From: Heterodontus francisci
Lineage: Eukaryota
Assembly: GCF_036365525.1 (NCBI RefSeq)
Contig: NC_090379.1
Coordinates: 61,315,202 to 61,379,201 of the forward strand
Length of the DNA: 64,000 nt
Direction of reading: 5' to 3'
The notes beneath the pieces are model-generated. The model ran no database searches. It worked only from the letters and a program-made list of their open reading frames with translations, and was not told the origin of the DNA. Of this stretch, positions 1 through 12,279 are shown in pieces (the first letter of the stretch is position 1; each line of letters opens with the position of its first letter). The position numbers and the translations under genes were made by a program.

Positions 1-130
1 GCAAAATACTGCAGATGCTGAATATCTGAAATAAGAACAAGAAAATGCTGGACACTCTTGGTTAGGTAGCATCTGTGGAGAAAGAAAGGTTGCCTTAACG
101 GTTTAGGTTGCTACCATTTGTCAGAACCAG
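1..130 (-). repeat. Penelope-derived short repeat (pLTR-like), degenerate
   Basis: gcaaaatactgcagatgctg...gcatctgtggag...ttaacg motif recurs at ~6345, 36200, 41750, 46585, 48012 and 56405. Confidence 0.6.
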
Positions 131-779
131 ATTTTGTTTTACAATTTTAAGTAATCTCATCCTGTCATCAAACTCTCCCTTTGCTTGTTACTGTATTCAT
201 AATGCCACACATTTGATGTGATGTTGCTGTTACGTTATAATGGAAGAGAAGTAACTGATCAAACTAGATGCAATATAGCTTTAGGGCTGTAGAAACTGAT
301 TGGAAGTGGAAATCTTTTGAGACTGAGAAAATCTGATAAATTATTGAAATGCTGTCAGTTTCATTAATTTTCATATATATCTTACAAACTAATATCTGTT
401 GAAAATCTCCCTAAGGAAAATGAGTGAAACAATGGTTTGATTGTTTAACTTGCATCCAGTGACCGAATTGATTAATTCAAGTGACTGTTATTTTTAGATA
501 GAATGTATAGATGCTGGTTGACTACAATTCTGAACCCTCTTGACTGAATTTCGAGTAGTATCATCTGAACAGTAACTCAGTACCTTGTTAGCTTCACACT
601 GAAGCATTCCATTCAAGCAGGTGGTGTTGATTTGTTAATGATCAAAAACAGCATCAATTGAGGACTTATGTTATCCTAAAGTATGATGATGCAATATAGA
701 AAGAAGGCCATTTCATTCACGTCACTTGGTTCATCTCCTCCACCCCCACCCCCCTGCAACCGCCACTTTTTCCAGCATC

Positions 780-2770
780 CAACGGTTCCTTAAAATTATT
801 TGAAGATCCAATTTTAATTAGGCCATTGAAGGCAACCCCAAGTGGCCACTCTTTTGCTGACCTCCTTGCCGTGATCACCTGCTGGGACTAATCTTCCCAA
901 CTTCTTTCACGTCCACTCAGCCAACCCACTATTTCCCACCCTGAACTCTGCTCGCGGATGAACAATCTTCACTGCCCTATGTGTTTCCCTCACTTGTGAG
1001 CAAGGCCCTTGATGCCCAAGATCTTATTGTGGACAATTGTATTGATAATGCTTTGATGAAAACTTGGCTCACAGGGGACACCTTGCCCTTTGCTGAACCC
1101 TGGCTATACATTTCACCATCGGCCCTGTCCAAACCGCCATGGTGGTGCAGCCTTTATTGACAAATTACACCTTGGTGTCTCCTTACTCTTGATACCTTCT
1201 CCTTTGAGTACTTCAACTTGTTCCGCTCCCATGCTTCCTTTAAAATTTTCATTATCCCTTCCTCCAAGCTCCTTTTTTTGTGTCACAACCCATTGAGCAA
1301 CTGCTCACCTTGGTAATTCTAATCTCAATTTACCTTGCCCTGTCTGCTCTGATTTCACTGCTGGCCTCTCCTCCTTAAACCTCTCCCTTCATATTAGATT
1401 CGAGATACAGCACTGAAACAGGCCCTTCAGCCCACCGAGTCCGTGCCGACCAGCAACCACCCATTTATACTAATCCTACACTAATCCCATATTCCTACCA
1501 AACATCCCCATCAGTCCCTATATTTCCCTACCACCTACCTATACTAGTGACAATTTATAATGGCCAATTTACCTACCAACCTGCAAGTCTTTTGGCTTGT
1601 GGGAGGAAACCGGAGCACCCGGAGGAAACCGGAGCACCCGGAGAAAACCCACGCAGACACAGGGAGAACTTGCAAACTCCACACAGGCAGTGCCCAGAAT
1701 CGAACCCAGGTCCCTGGAGCTGTGAGGCTGCAGTGCTAACCACTGCGCCACTGTGCCGCCCTATGAATTCACCTACCTATATTCTTGGCAACCCCTACAA
1801 CTTGCCACGCCAATGTTTTCAATCACAGACAAGGCCATCTCTGACTACTTCCTTGTATCTCTCGTCACCCACTTCCTCCTGCTTCCATGCCTGGAAAGAG
1901 CTGTCCCCAAGATGCTTCTTCAAACTCACTTCCATTCTTAATGATACATCCTCAGCTCCTCCTTTGCCCTTATTCCCAGCAAAACCTTCACTCACTCTTT
2001 ACTATTTTGTCAATCTCCCTGGTATGGCCCTCATCTTTGCTTCCTTCCCAGGTACACTGACTTGAATATATCTGATGCAGAACTGGTTTAGCCATGTATC
2101 AAGGGATCTGATTGGACTGCATCAAGTACCATTGGACCTTGCTGTCTTCTAACAAAACAATTCACTGTTCCAGGATCATGCCAGGAAGCAATGAAAATCC
2201 CAGCTGCTTTTCTCCAGGACCAAATGTTTCTTTGAATCCCTCTCACGAGCACCCTGTACACTCACCTCCAATAATCTGATAGAGAGCATCTGTTCTGGTG
2301 CCTCTATGTATCTACCTCCTTTTTGCCCACCAAGCCAAATCTGCCAGAGTTCCCCCTGCCTTTGCCCTGAGTTTTTCTGCTATCTCCCCTCATGCCCTTT
2401 CTGAACTCATCTTGTATATGAGACCCAGCTCTTGCCTTGACTCCTTCCAACAAAACTACTAACCACCCAACTTGGCCCTTGTCCTCGCTAACATTGCAAG
2501 TGGTTTCCTCTCACATGTGCTACCCCTCCCTTTCAAAACTGACATAATCCCCCTCAAGAAACCACCCTCAACCTCTCCATGCAAACTACCACCCAATTTA
2601 AAATCTTGATTTATCTCCCAAGTTCTTCACGTTCAAATTCATCCCCCTCCTTTCCCGAAACACCATGTTTGAATCTCTTCAGATAGGTTCTGCTACTGCC
2701 ACAGCCTGAAATGGCCCTAATCAAAGTTACAAGTTACATTCTTTGTGACTGTGGCCCTGATGTATTATTG
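780..2770 (+). mobile_element. Degenerate L2-clade LINE fragments, interrupted by a V-SINE
   Basis: Pyrimidine-rich decayed APE/RT sequence; 2660-2750 matches the reverse complement of 4820-4910 and 30300-30390. Confidence 0.55.
1393..1760 (-). mobile_element. HE1-like V-SINE (tRNA head, V domain, CR1-type tail)
   Basis: Minus strand shows A box tggcgcagtgg, B box ggttcgattc, V-domain gtgtggagtttgcaagttctccctgtgtctgcgtggg and tail gaagggcctgtttcagtgctgtatctc; near-identical to 59336-59685. Confidence 0.85.
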
Positions 2771-3249
2771 TTCATCATAATTGTTTTTTATGGATTGAAC
2801 TTGTGTTGAGTCAACTAAAACCCAAGATCTATTTCAAAATGATCCTTAGCTGTTTCAATACCATGCTAAGAAAAGCTATGCCACCACTTTTTCCCCCTAT
2901 ATGTGTAGTATTTTACATTTGTCTGTATTAAGCTTTATTTGCTTTTATTCTACCCACTTATATATGTTGTTCCCAAACTTCAACAGCTGGTCTAATTTGG
3001 TATCATCTACAAAACTGACCACTAAGAGAAAAGCTTCTACATTTTTAATTACGCCAATAAGGTTTCAAGCATACCGACTGATGTCCCATGCTCTTTCTTC
3101 ATGACCACCTGGATGTGGACATAGTCACAGAAGAGAGGCAAGCAGCCAGAGTGATGGCAAAGCTTCTGGTTCTTTTACTGATCCATTGAAAGAAATATGG
3201 ATTTTTGAAAAGATCTCTAGTAGTACGATGCATGGTGAAGAAATAAAGT

Positions 3250-3650
3250 ATGTCCCAAAGCACTTTACAGCCAATTAAGTGCTTTTGAAGTGTAGCTACT
3301 GTTGTGATATAGGAAGCATGGTAGCCAATTTGTGCACAGCAAGCACCCACAACAGCAATGAGATAAATTACCAAATCATCTGTTTTTGTGATGTAGGTCG
3401 AGGGATAAATATTGGCCAAGACACCAGCATGAACCCCTCTTCAAAATACTGCCATGGAATCCAGCTGAGAGCCTAGATAGAGCCTTGGTTTAACCTTTCA
3501 TCTAAAAGATGGCATTTTAAATAACATGGCACTTAAAACAGCATGATGTTCTCTCAGTATGGCACTGGAATATCAGCCAAGATTATGAGACTCACAAGTG
3601 GCACTTCATCTCATGACCTTTTGACTCTGGAGCGAGCCACAGCTGAAACC
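3250..3650 (-). mobile_element. Deu-domain SINE (SacSINE1/AmnSINE1-like), degenerate
   Basis: gagggataaatattggcca...tgccatgg...ggtttaac..tcatctaaaagatggca matches the Deu domain as recalled; same family at 16100 and 61605. Confidence 0.7.
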
Positions 3651-3699
3651 TGTAAAAATACAGATGGTGTGCTATTTTATACCAACAGATTTGATATAC

Positions 3700-5000
3700 G
3701 ACAACAGCTTGTGTTTATATAGTGCCTTAAGCATAATAAAATATTTCAAGGCGCTTCACAGGATAATTTTTAAGCAAAATTTGACAGCTATATAAGGAAA
3801 TATTAGGGCAGATGGCTGAAAGTTTGGTCAAAGAGGTAGGTTTTAAGGACTGTCTCAAAGGTGGAGGGTCAGGTTTAGCGAGGGAATTCCAAAGCTTTGG
3901 GCCTGAGTGGCAGAAGGCACAGCCACCCCAATGGTGGAGCAGTTAAAAATGGGGATGCTCAAGAGGCCAGAATTAGATGAGTGCAGGTATCTCTCAGGAT
4001 TGTGGGGCTGGAAGAGGAGGGGCGAGGCCATGGAGGAACTGTAGGAGTCAATGAAGGTCAGTGAGCATGGGGTTGATAGGTGAACAGGACTTTATGTGAG
4101 AAAAGACATGGGCAGCAGAGTTTTGGATGACCTCAAGTTTACAGAGGGTAGAATGTAGGAGACCAGCCAGGACTGCATTGGAATAGTCAAGTCCAGAGAT
4201 AGCAAAGGCATTGATGAGGGTTTCGGCAGCAGAGGTGGAGCCAGGTGATGTTATGGAGGTGGAAATAGACGGTCTTAGTAATGGCGCGAATATGTGGTCG
4301 AAGGCCCATTTCGGAGTCAAATATGACACCAAGGTTGTGAACAGTCTTGTTCAGCCTCAGTTGGCAGGGAGAGGGAAAGAGTTGGTGGTTAGGAAATTGA
4401 GACAATGGCTTTGGGGTCTTTTCCATAATTTAATTGGAGGAAATTTCTGCTCATTCGCAACTGGATGTCGGACAAGCAGGGTAATAATTTAGAGGCAGTG
4501 GAGGAGTCAAGTGAGGTGTTGGTGAGGTAAAGCTGGGTTTCATTGGCGTAAATCTGAAAAGTGACATGTTTTTGGATTGTTGATGGGCAAAACATAGCTG
4601 AGAAATAGAAGAGGGCCAAGGATAGATCCTTGGGGGACACCAGAATTAATGGTGCAGGAGTGGGAAGAGAAGCTATTGCATGTGATTCACTGCCTACAAT
4701 TAGATAGATATGAATGGAATGCAGTCCAACTGGATGATGGCAGAGGTTGGAGGATGATGGTGGAGTCAACTGTGTCAAAGGCTGCAGACAGGTCAAGAAG
4801 GATGAAGAATAGTTTATCTTTGTCACAGTCACATCAGATGTCATTTTTGACTTTGATAAGAGCTGTTTCAGTACTGTTGGTGGGTTGGAAACCTGTTTGG
4901 AAGGATTCAAACATCCAGCTCTGGGAAAGATGTGTACGGATTTGGGAAGTGACAACAAGGACTTTGGAAGGCAAAGTGCGGTTGGAGTTGGGACAGAACT
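3700..5000 (-). mobile_element. L2-clade LINE, 3' RT portion, degenerate
   Basis: Minus-strand translation gives L2 motifs: NLGVIFD, AETLINAFAISGLDYSNA, IQNSAA, P.L.DLH, QIYANETQLY (decayed YADD). Confidence 0.8.
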
Positions 5001-5659
5001 GTGAGAATAAGAAATACTGAAATGTTGTTTCTACAGCTTGTGGAAAATTGCCAAGAAGTCATTTCTACACAACATAATGAAATCACTGAAAAAGGGAACT
5101 GATAAGGGTATGTGAGTAAAGACCTTGAGACAGTACGGCAGTTAAAAATTGTGCTTATGCAGAGAAAAGAAAAACAGCAAGAGTTAGAACAAAGGATGTA
5201 GTGAATGAGAAACTGCCCCACTAAGATAAAGGCTGACAGCTGCAAGTTAACACACACACAGGAGGCTTGCAAAAGAATGGAGAGCCAAATAAGGTAAAAC
5301 AAAAACAAGAGTCGGGCTAGAAAGTTAGAGTAGGGGGAGAAGTAAACAGAGGAGGAGACTGTAGCAACCATAGGATAGGTTAGTGTCATAATACGTTATA
5401 ACCAATAATGTAAAATAAAGGCGTGGACAAATGGATTTGTATTGTATAAACATAAACTGAATATGTTGATCGGTGTGCCTGCTTGTAGGACACCCGATCT
5501 TGCAAGAACGTTAAATAAACTTACTTCTTCAGAGTTTGACTTGGTGTAAATTATTATTAAGTGGGCTACGTTTCCCACAGTACCAGACAACGCATAGTTT
5601 ATTTTGCTGTTAAAGTGGAGCTGTGCTTCTGGAAGCTGCAATGGGGAAGGCCCCAGAAT

Positions 5660-5857
5660 TTCTCGGGACAGGTCAATCCAGATGGCTTGAATGACCTTCG
5701 TTATTAATTATTCTGCGAACCCTCCCATTGTTCCAGTCCGGGCTCTCCAGCCGTCACACTTTGTTGCCAGTATGTGATGGGGGAAGCTGGGGTGAGAGTA
5801 TTGGGTTCCACTTCCGGGTCGGACCTGGACCTGAGTTGGAGCTGACAGCAGGTCGGA
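5660..5857 (+). promoter_or_regulatory. TOM20-family gene promoter/5'UTR with ETS (GABP/NRF-2) site
   Basis: Locally CpG-richer; CACTTCCGG (reverse CCGGAAGTG) at 5809-5817, about 45 bp upstream of the ATG. Confidence 0.55.
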
Positions 5858-5984
5858 ATGCTGCTGGTTGGTAAGACGGGGGCCATCATGGCCGGAGTCT
5901 TTGGAGCGGCCTTCATCGGTTATTGTATATATTTTGACAGAAAAAGAAGAAGTGCCCCCGATTTTAGAGCAAAGTTGCACGAAA
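5858..5984 (+). CDS. TOMM20L: Mitochondrial import receptor TOM20 family, exon 1
   Basis: MLLVGKTGAIMAGVFGAAFIGYCIYFDRKRRSAPDFRAKLHE contains the TOM20 anchor motif FIGYCIYFDRKRRS; donor A|GTAAGT, phase 1. The L paralog name comes from synteny with TIMM9/KIAA0586; the sequence itself resembles canonical TOMM20. Confidence 0.9.
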
Positions 5985-8900
5985 GTAAGTGTTCCCCTTG
6001 GGCTCCGCCCACCGCCACCCAGTTCCCAGCCACAGATGGATATTTGTGTAAGTGCAGGTGGTTGTGACCTGTTAACCTGCCCTCAACAACATTGCATATA
6101 GGATGTCAGCTGCTGAGACATGCTCAGTTACAGGAGTAAATGTATTTATGATAATAGACACCCCTCGAGGGTCTCGGCATCGTTTCCTCAAACTTGTTTT
6201 TCCAGCAGCGGTGAACTTGCTAAATTACAGGAGAGTGCAGATGCCCTAAAGAACGTGGTGTGTGGGTCAAAACTGGAATAAAAGCATCTTCCTTGCAGCA
6301 CAATCTGCTTTATAATGTGAGTTTCAACTGGTTCTAAAACGATGTTAAAGTATCTCTCCACAGATGCTGCCTGACCTGCGTATTTCCAGCATTTTCTCTG
6401 TTTATTTCAGATTTCCAACATCTGCAGTGATTTCTTTTTGTAAATATTTGTTGTGTAGAGTAATTGATCCCAGTATATTGTAAGGCGGTAACACAGAATC
6501 AGTGCAGCTTACTGAACATATAGTTTACTCATATAGTTTTTAGTGATAAAATGTCACGAAAAAACGTGTGGTGAATGATTCGATAATTTTGTATAGAATT
6601 TGGATGAGTTGGAGGTAACCAAGTTCAAATAACAAAAACTCTGGAGATAACTCAGTGGTACAGTGTGTTGGTGTGTGCTCAGAAGTGAAATAAATTCAAC
6701 TGACTGCATCTTATTCCATAAAACAGGCGATTCCAATTGGTGGCTGCAGAATGCAAAAAACAGCTAATCTGCAAATGCTTCTGTGGTTTCCTATCAGTGT
6801 CCATAATGATGTAGGGCAAGGTGATTACTTTCCACTGCTGGGAATTCAGAACCCCGTTGTTACTGCTTGAATCCAGAATACCAGTATAAATACAATGACA
6901 AAGTGGTGGGCTGAGGTTGGGCCAGGGTCATGATTGTTACATTACAAATGATACTGAAATTATAGAATAGTTTGTCGGTTGGAATATTTTGCAGAGTAAA
7001 TGTAAGAATAAACAATTCTGAGTAATACTTAATTCTTTTCCAAGTCAAATTGAAAATCTAAATTTTTCAATATCTTCGGTGAGTGTAGGAATAATTCCAA
7101 AATGGTTAATTTTGCAACAAATCTGTGTTACTTAGTACTAAGCATGTGAATTTGTTGACCACATTTGAATAATGTTGCACGGGTAACCTCATGATTTAAA
7201 TAGTTTTAATGCAAATAGTATTTTTTGTTTACTTTAAATACTTTGAAATGATTGTTTTATGTTGTTGAGTTCTACAGTTAAATCATAGAATAGTAGAACA
7301 CAGAAGCAGGGCATTCGGCCCATTGAGTTGGTGCTGGCTCTTTGGAAGAGCAATCCAGTTAGTCCCACTGCCCCATTCTTTCCCCATAACTCTTGGCTTT
7401 TTTTTGCCTTCAAGTATTTATCCAATTCACTTTTGAAAGCTACTATTGAATCTGTATCCACAACTCTTATCAGGCATTCAAAATCTTGACAATCAATAAA
7501 GTTTGTGATAGTGATTTTTTGTTGTTGTAGCTGCATATGACTCTGCACCCTACTGATAAACAATCTGCTACCATGGTGATGTATATCAAATTTGAAATTG
7601 AGTTTTGGAACAGTTACTTAAGTATATTTCAATAAGTTCTGATTCTCTTTTAATGTTCACTAATGAAGTAATTAAATAATCATATAGTCGGATGAAAATG
7701 TTCTGAAATTGATTAAACTGTAGTGAGCATATGGTTACAAGACTAAGGTAAAGAGAAACAAATTACATGATTTGGTAGAATGGCCTTTGTTTCAAATGTA
7801 GCTATAGTATTTAAATATGGTTTTTTGGTCAACTTTATTATAGTAGTATTAAATTGCAGAGCGAATCATAGCATAATTACTTTGAGTATATATCTCAACG
7901 ATCTGTACATGATATCACTGGAGTAGCTTTGTTAAGTAAAAGAAGGCACATCTTAACAAAGCTTGTGTAGTATATTCAATGTTTAACTCAACATTTGAGT
8001 TACTTATTTTTCATAAATAAAAGTAAAACTTCCTTTCTGTCCCACTTTTCTACTTTTTAAGTTCCTCTCTCCCCCATGCTCTGCGGTATTTCCTAGTGAG
8101 AAGGTTGTTTTACTCCTAAGATTGCCTTGATACTAACTGTTTGATCAGTCAGTCAGAGAGTATTGCCAACTTCTGTTTTCTCCCTGCCTTTTCCAATTCC
8201 CATTTTTCTTTCCTTCTCAAGGTTGGCAGTTGTGGATGAGAATGTGCAACCTGCTACAATCCACAGTAACCTAAGTATAATTGGGTTATATCAGTGTTGA
8301 AGTTTTAAGTGGAGACAAGACAATTGTCAGAATTTTGATAGATTTTTATTAACTTGAAATTGTTGAGGGCAAAATTCAGTTTAAAAGCTATCAAGCCCAC
8401 AATATAAACTGTGAATTGAGAATGAGCACTTGGTGGTATGCTGATAACATTTTCGACTATCTCTAAAGTAAATCAACTATGTTTTGTGGCAGTGCTGAAG
8501 TTTTGACAAAGAACAGACTTTTCATACCACAACCATTGCTATTGTGGATTATTGTCAGTACTAGGGTAGGAAGGGCACAAAAATAGGTGTAATTGGATTT
8601 CACTCAATAGGTCAGAGGAAGTTGTGTATATTTATCTCTTAGAATTTGAGATCTGAGTTTTGTTTCTGGATGGAAAGAAAAGGAGTAGTGTTATCTCCAC
8701 TTTATAAATATATCCTTTCAGATATTCATTTTGGTGCAGTTTTAATGCACTATGTTGCATGTACCCATGAGTTCTGTGCAGGTGATTATTTTTTTTAAAG
8801 TCACAATTTAACATTTTAAACTAAATTACATGTCAAAACAATAATAAAAGTAAATTGGTAATAATTCTAGATCATCAAAGACTACAAAAAACTGAACTGA

Positions 8901-9339
8901 GGTTTGGCTTATTCAATTTTTCTTTCCCTGCAAGATTTATTTGCCATCTAACTTTCCATTTGGCTGCATATTGAATGAATGCTTGTCTAATCTAAGGAAA
9001 CATACGCTGTTTCGGCACTGATTACAATGTGAAATGAAACTTTACAGTCTTCAACTGGCATCAGTTGTTTGTTTAAGGGCAACGTGTGTATAATTTAATC
9101 ATTATTACCATAATGAAACATTGTGCTTTTAGCTAACCACATAGTTAAAATTTAATGAACACTTGAACAAAACTTTGGGACGTTTTGAATTACTGCTGAG
9201 GCCAAAAAGCAATATTTTCTTTGAGTATGAAAAACAAGGTTGTTCAGATGAGAAATATGTTTCTTTGCAGGGATAAGAACAATTGAAGAACAAGATAAAA
9301 ACTAGCTAAATTGAATAGTCGCTTAATAGTACAGAACTT

Positions 9340-9770
9340 GAGTATTGATGAAAAAAGAGACATGCTACCGAAGCTTTTCATCTTGCACTCATCAGGACAG
9401 ACGCAAGAATGCCAAATTTCAAAGGGAGCAGCAATTTATAGTGCATGAGAAAAGGGTGATGATTGGTTGGCAAGTTGACACTGGTCGAGGCGTTGCCATG
9501 GAGAATGCACCAAGAAACTGTTGTCCCCATGCTTTGTTTAATTCAAAAAAGGCGCAACGCCTGGACATGTTCCTTTTGCCTGTTGAGGACAGGACCCTGC
9601 GTATGAATATATGTAGCTTCTAGCAAGCGTAAGCGAGCCACATTGTGAGCCCCGATTGATAATCTTAAAGTGATTGTTATTGTAATTCTTAGCACACTCG
9701 GATTGTTCAGTAAGTGCTGTTCAATTGCGGAATCAGGTCTAATGTTAGACATTGTGTTCTGAGTTTTGTA
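9340..9770 (-). mobile_element. Penelope-like element 3' remnant (GIY-YIG C-terminus plus pLTR)
   Basis: Minus ORF SAIEQHLLNNP...LRLLEATYIHTQGPVLNRQKE has the PLE endonuclease H...LE..YI....P.LN pattern and is followed by a hammerhead motif. Confidence 0.8.
9365..9400 (-). ncRNA. Minimal type I hammerhead ribozyme motif
   Basis: Minus strand reads ctgtc-CTGATGA-gt-gcaag-at-GAAA-agct-TC-ggtag; core intact and stems pair with G-U wobbles. Confidence 0.7.
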
Positions 9771-10136
9771 AGTACAGGTTAAGATTGTTAGTTATGCTTA
9801 CGTTTGATCACAAAGTTCAAATTGTATATATGGGGAAAGAATGTTTGAACTTATTTCATGGGCTTCGAAGTACATGTAATGAATTAGTGATGCTGTAATT
9901 GAAAAGTATAATTGTTCATGAATGTAAATGATCACAGTTGATTTATTTTACAATTTAATTGAATGACTATAACTATACACATAACTTATATTCCTGCTTC
10001 TCCAGCGGCTTAGTAAGTAAATGCCTTTAACGTCTTCTCAGTTATCTAAGTTCAGCTTCAAATTCAGAAATCAAATTTAATTTTGCCTTGTTTATTTCCA
10101 TGATTTTAAGTGGCTATTCTGACTCTCAATTTATAG

Positions 10137-10186
10137 GAAGAAGAAAGCAGCAAAAACAAGGAAAAATAAATGATTGTATTGGCAAG
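10137..10186 (+). CDS. TOMM20L: TOM20 family exon 2
   Basis: ttatag| (R)RRKQQKQGKINDCIGK |gtaaga; phase 1 to 0, keeps the frame. Confidence 0.85.
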
Positions 10187-11257
10187 GTAAGATCGACTGC
10201 TCATAGTGATGTACACATTATGCTTATTTAAATCCTTGAAAGTTGTGGGGAAACAGGCATTTGGACCAGGAACATTTCCAGTTTCAATCCCCAGTCTCTG
10301 CTGTTAACTGATCTCGTCTAAAGACAGTAGGAACTTGCTGAAATTAGCATTACTGTCTTGAGTTAGAAAGTGGGTAGGGGGTGGGCCCAAGGAGAATCTT
10401 GTTTCTCATCACTATCCAATGATGCCTGTTGTAAAGATTGTGGGTGGGGTAAGCTTAGGCTGAACTTTGGTGCAATCTAAATTTTAATAGCAGCTGACAC
10501 TCCTCGACTACATTGATACATGAAGAATGATCAACTGCCTGAAGTACTGGAGGACTGGGAATAATCTAATAATCTAACCTTCAGGAATGAATGAAAAAAT
10601 CTATTTTAAAAATGGTGTATTGGCATATTAAATAACAGCAGTTGCCATGGCAAGCAAAATGTTGGAATGCCCACATCCTAAGAATGATACTTTTCAAAAT
10701 CCGTTAGTAAAATCATCCATAGGATTATAATATCCATTTTATTGCCACATTTAGTTATTCAGAAGGGTACATTTATATTGGATGTTAGATTTATGATCCA
10801 AGAAAGTCCAGTAGATTTAAATCTGCTCTCTCTGGAATTTAAAAAAAGGGGAAATGTGTCCCAAGTTTTCAAAATTATCATCCTTACTAAAATTAGCAAT
10901 GATTTATGTTCAGAAGATAACTTTTTCTATTAATTTTGATGCATTCATAAAACAAATTGACAGATTCCTGATACAGTAGTGGATAGGATTGATGGCTGAT
11001 TGCCAGGGTTGGAGAGAACGATCCTTTAAATGTGAACCTAAATGACATGGAGCTGAGATATACTAACTGATCATTTCTCATCCTTATACTCTTCGCTCTT
11101 TGCTCTTATTAAAGTATGACTGTAAACCTCCCAACAGCTTACTGGTGGTAACTGCAGTGTCTAACAGGATATAAACAATACTACCATTTTGCATAAAACT
11201 TTTCTAACAGCTATAACGTAGACATGGTTTTGGTTTGGACAGGACTAGAGACTTAAA

Positions 11258-11972
11258 TGCATGGATTTTGTGGTCAGCGGGGAAGCAAGGGCACTTGCTG
11301 CTGACTTTGAAGAAAGCCGCTCACAGAAATCTAGCAGTCTCTGTGGTTTAGTTTTCCCCTTTCCCTACTGCAGTTGAAATCTAGCGCCAAGGCAAGGGGA
11401 TGTCTTGGCATGCCGTAGAAGTGATGTCAGCAAGCAGGAAAGGACCTAATCATTTGAAAGTATTCACACACAGCAAACCAGGAAATTAAAAGTAGTTAAT
11501 ATCCTTCACCTTTAATTTAAATTTTTACATAGCAAAATAAATGAATACAATAGGATTAAGATAGGAGATAAAATAGAAACAAACTTTTTTCTAAAAAAGA
11601 GAAAAACTAGTTGTTTAAAAATGTGGAATGTTTCATCATTATGGAGAAATTTGACATTCCACAAATGTAAAATTAGCTTTTCAGGGCCACTGAGACTGTT
11701 TAGCAGTAATTATGAAGGTGTAACTTTTTCAAGGGTTTTATTTACAGTGAAGCAGACAGCGTAAGAGTGGAAGTTTTTGTTAATTTATTTGATTTCCATG
11801 ATTGCAGTCTTGCGGGGTGAGGTGGCATACCTCAACAGTGCATCCTCTGGAGAAGCGTAGAATTACTGACAGCAACTTCTGCATATTTGTGGACTCTAGA
11901 AGTTGTCAGTTTTAGGGGAGTAATGGTGAACACGAACAGTTTTGCCATCGTTACCACAACAAAATCCAGGCC
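11258..11972 (-). mobile_element. Non-autonomous DNA transposon (PIF/Harbinger-like MITE), family copy 1
   Basis: Imperfect TIR tggattttg...caaaatccagg; internal segment 11647-11690 is the reverse complement of segments at ~46055 and ~62515. Confidence 0.55.
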
Positions 11973-12279
11973 AACATTCCTTGTTCTAACATTTTCAGCA
12001 GAGATAGGGAGTTGGCAATATTAAGAAAGCATTCTATCATAGTTCTAGACTTTAAGGATGTTCTGGGGACTGTGTTGAGACAAAATCTGTGTAGATAAGA
12101 GCTAAGAATAAGAAGGGAACTGGTATAATTCTCAAGCATTACAGGGCTCAAAATGTTGACGATGACGGGGAGAGATTTGTAAATGGTTCAGAGAGATATG
12201 CAAGAACAAGAATACAGTTAAATAGTTAACTAAACATACCAAGATAGAGTGCATCCTCGACTTCTTTCTAGATCAGTAA

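Noticed and set aside
130-720. Possible 3' end of ARID4A, expected upstream by synteny
   Set aside because: No coding sequence or other direct evidence is visible.
1547-2065. 172-aa ORF
   Set aside because: It is an antisense read-through of a V-SINE plus L2 remnant.
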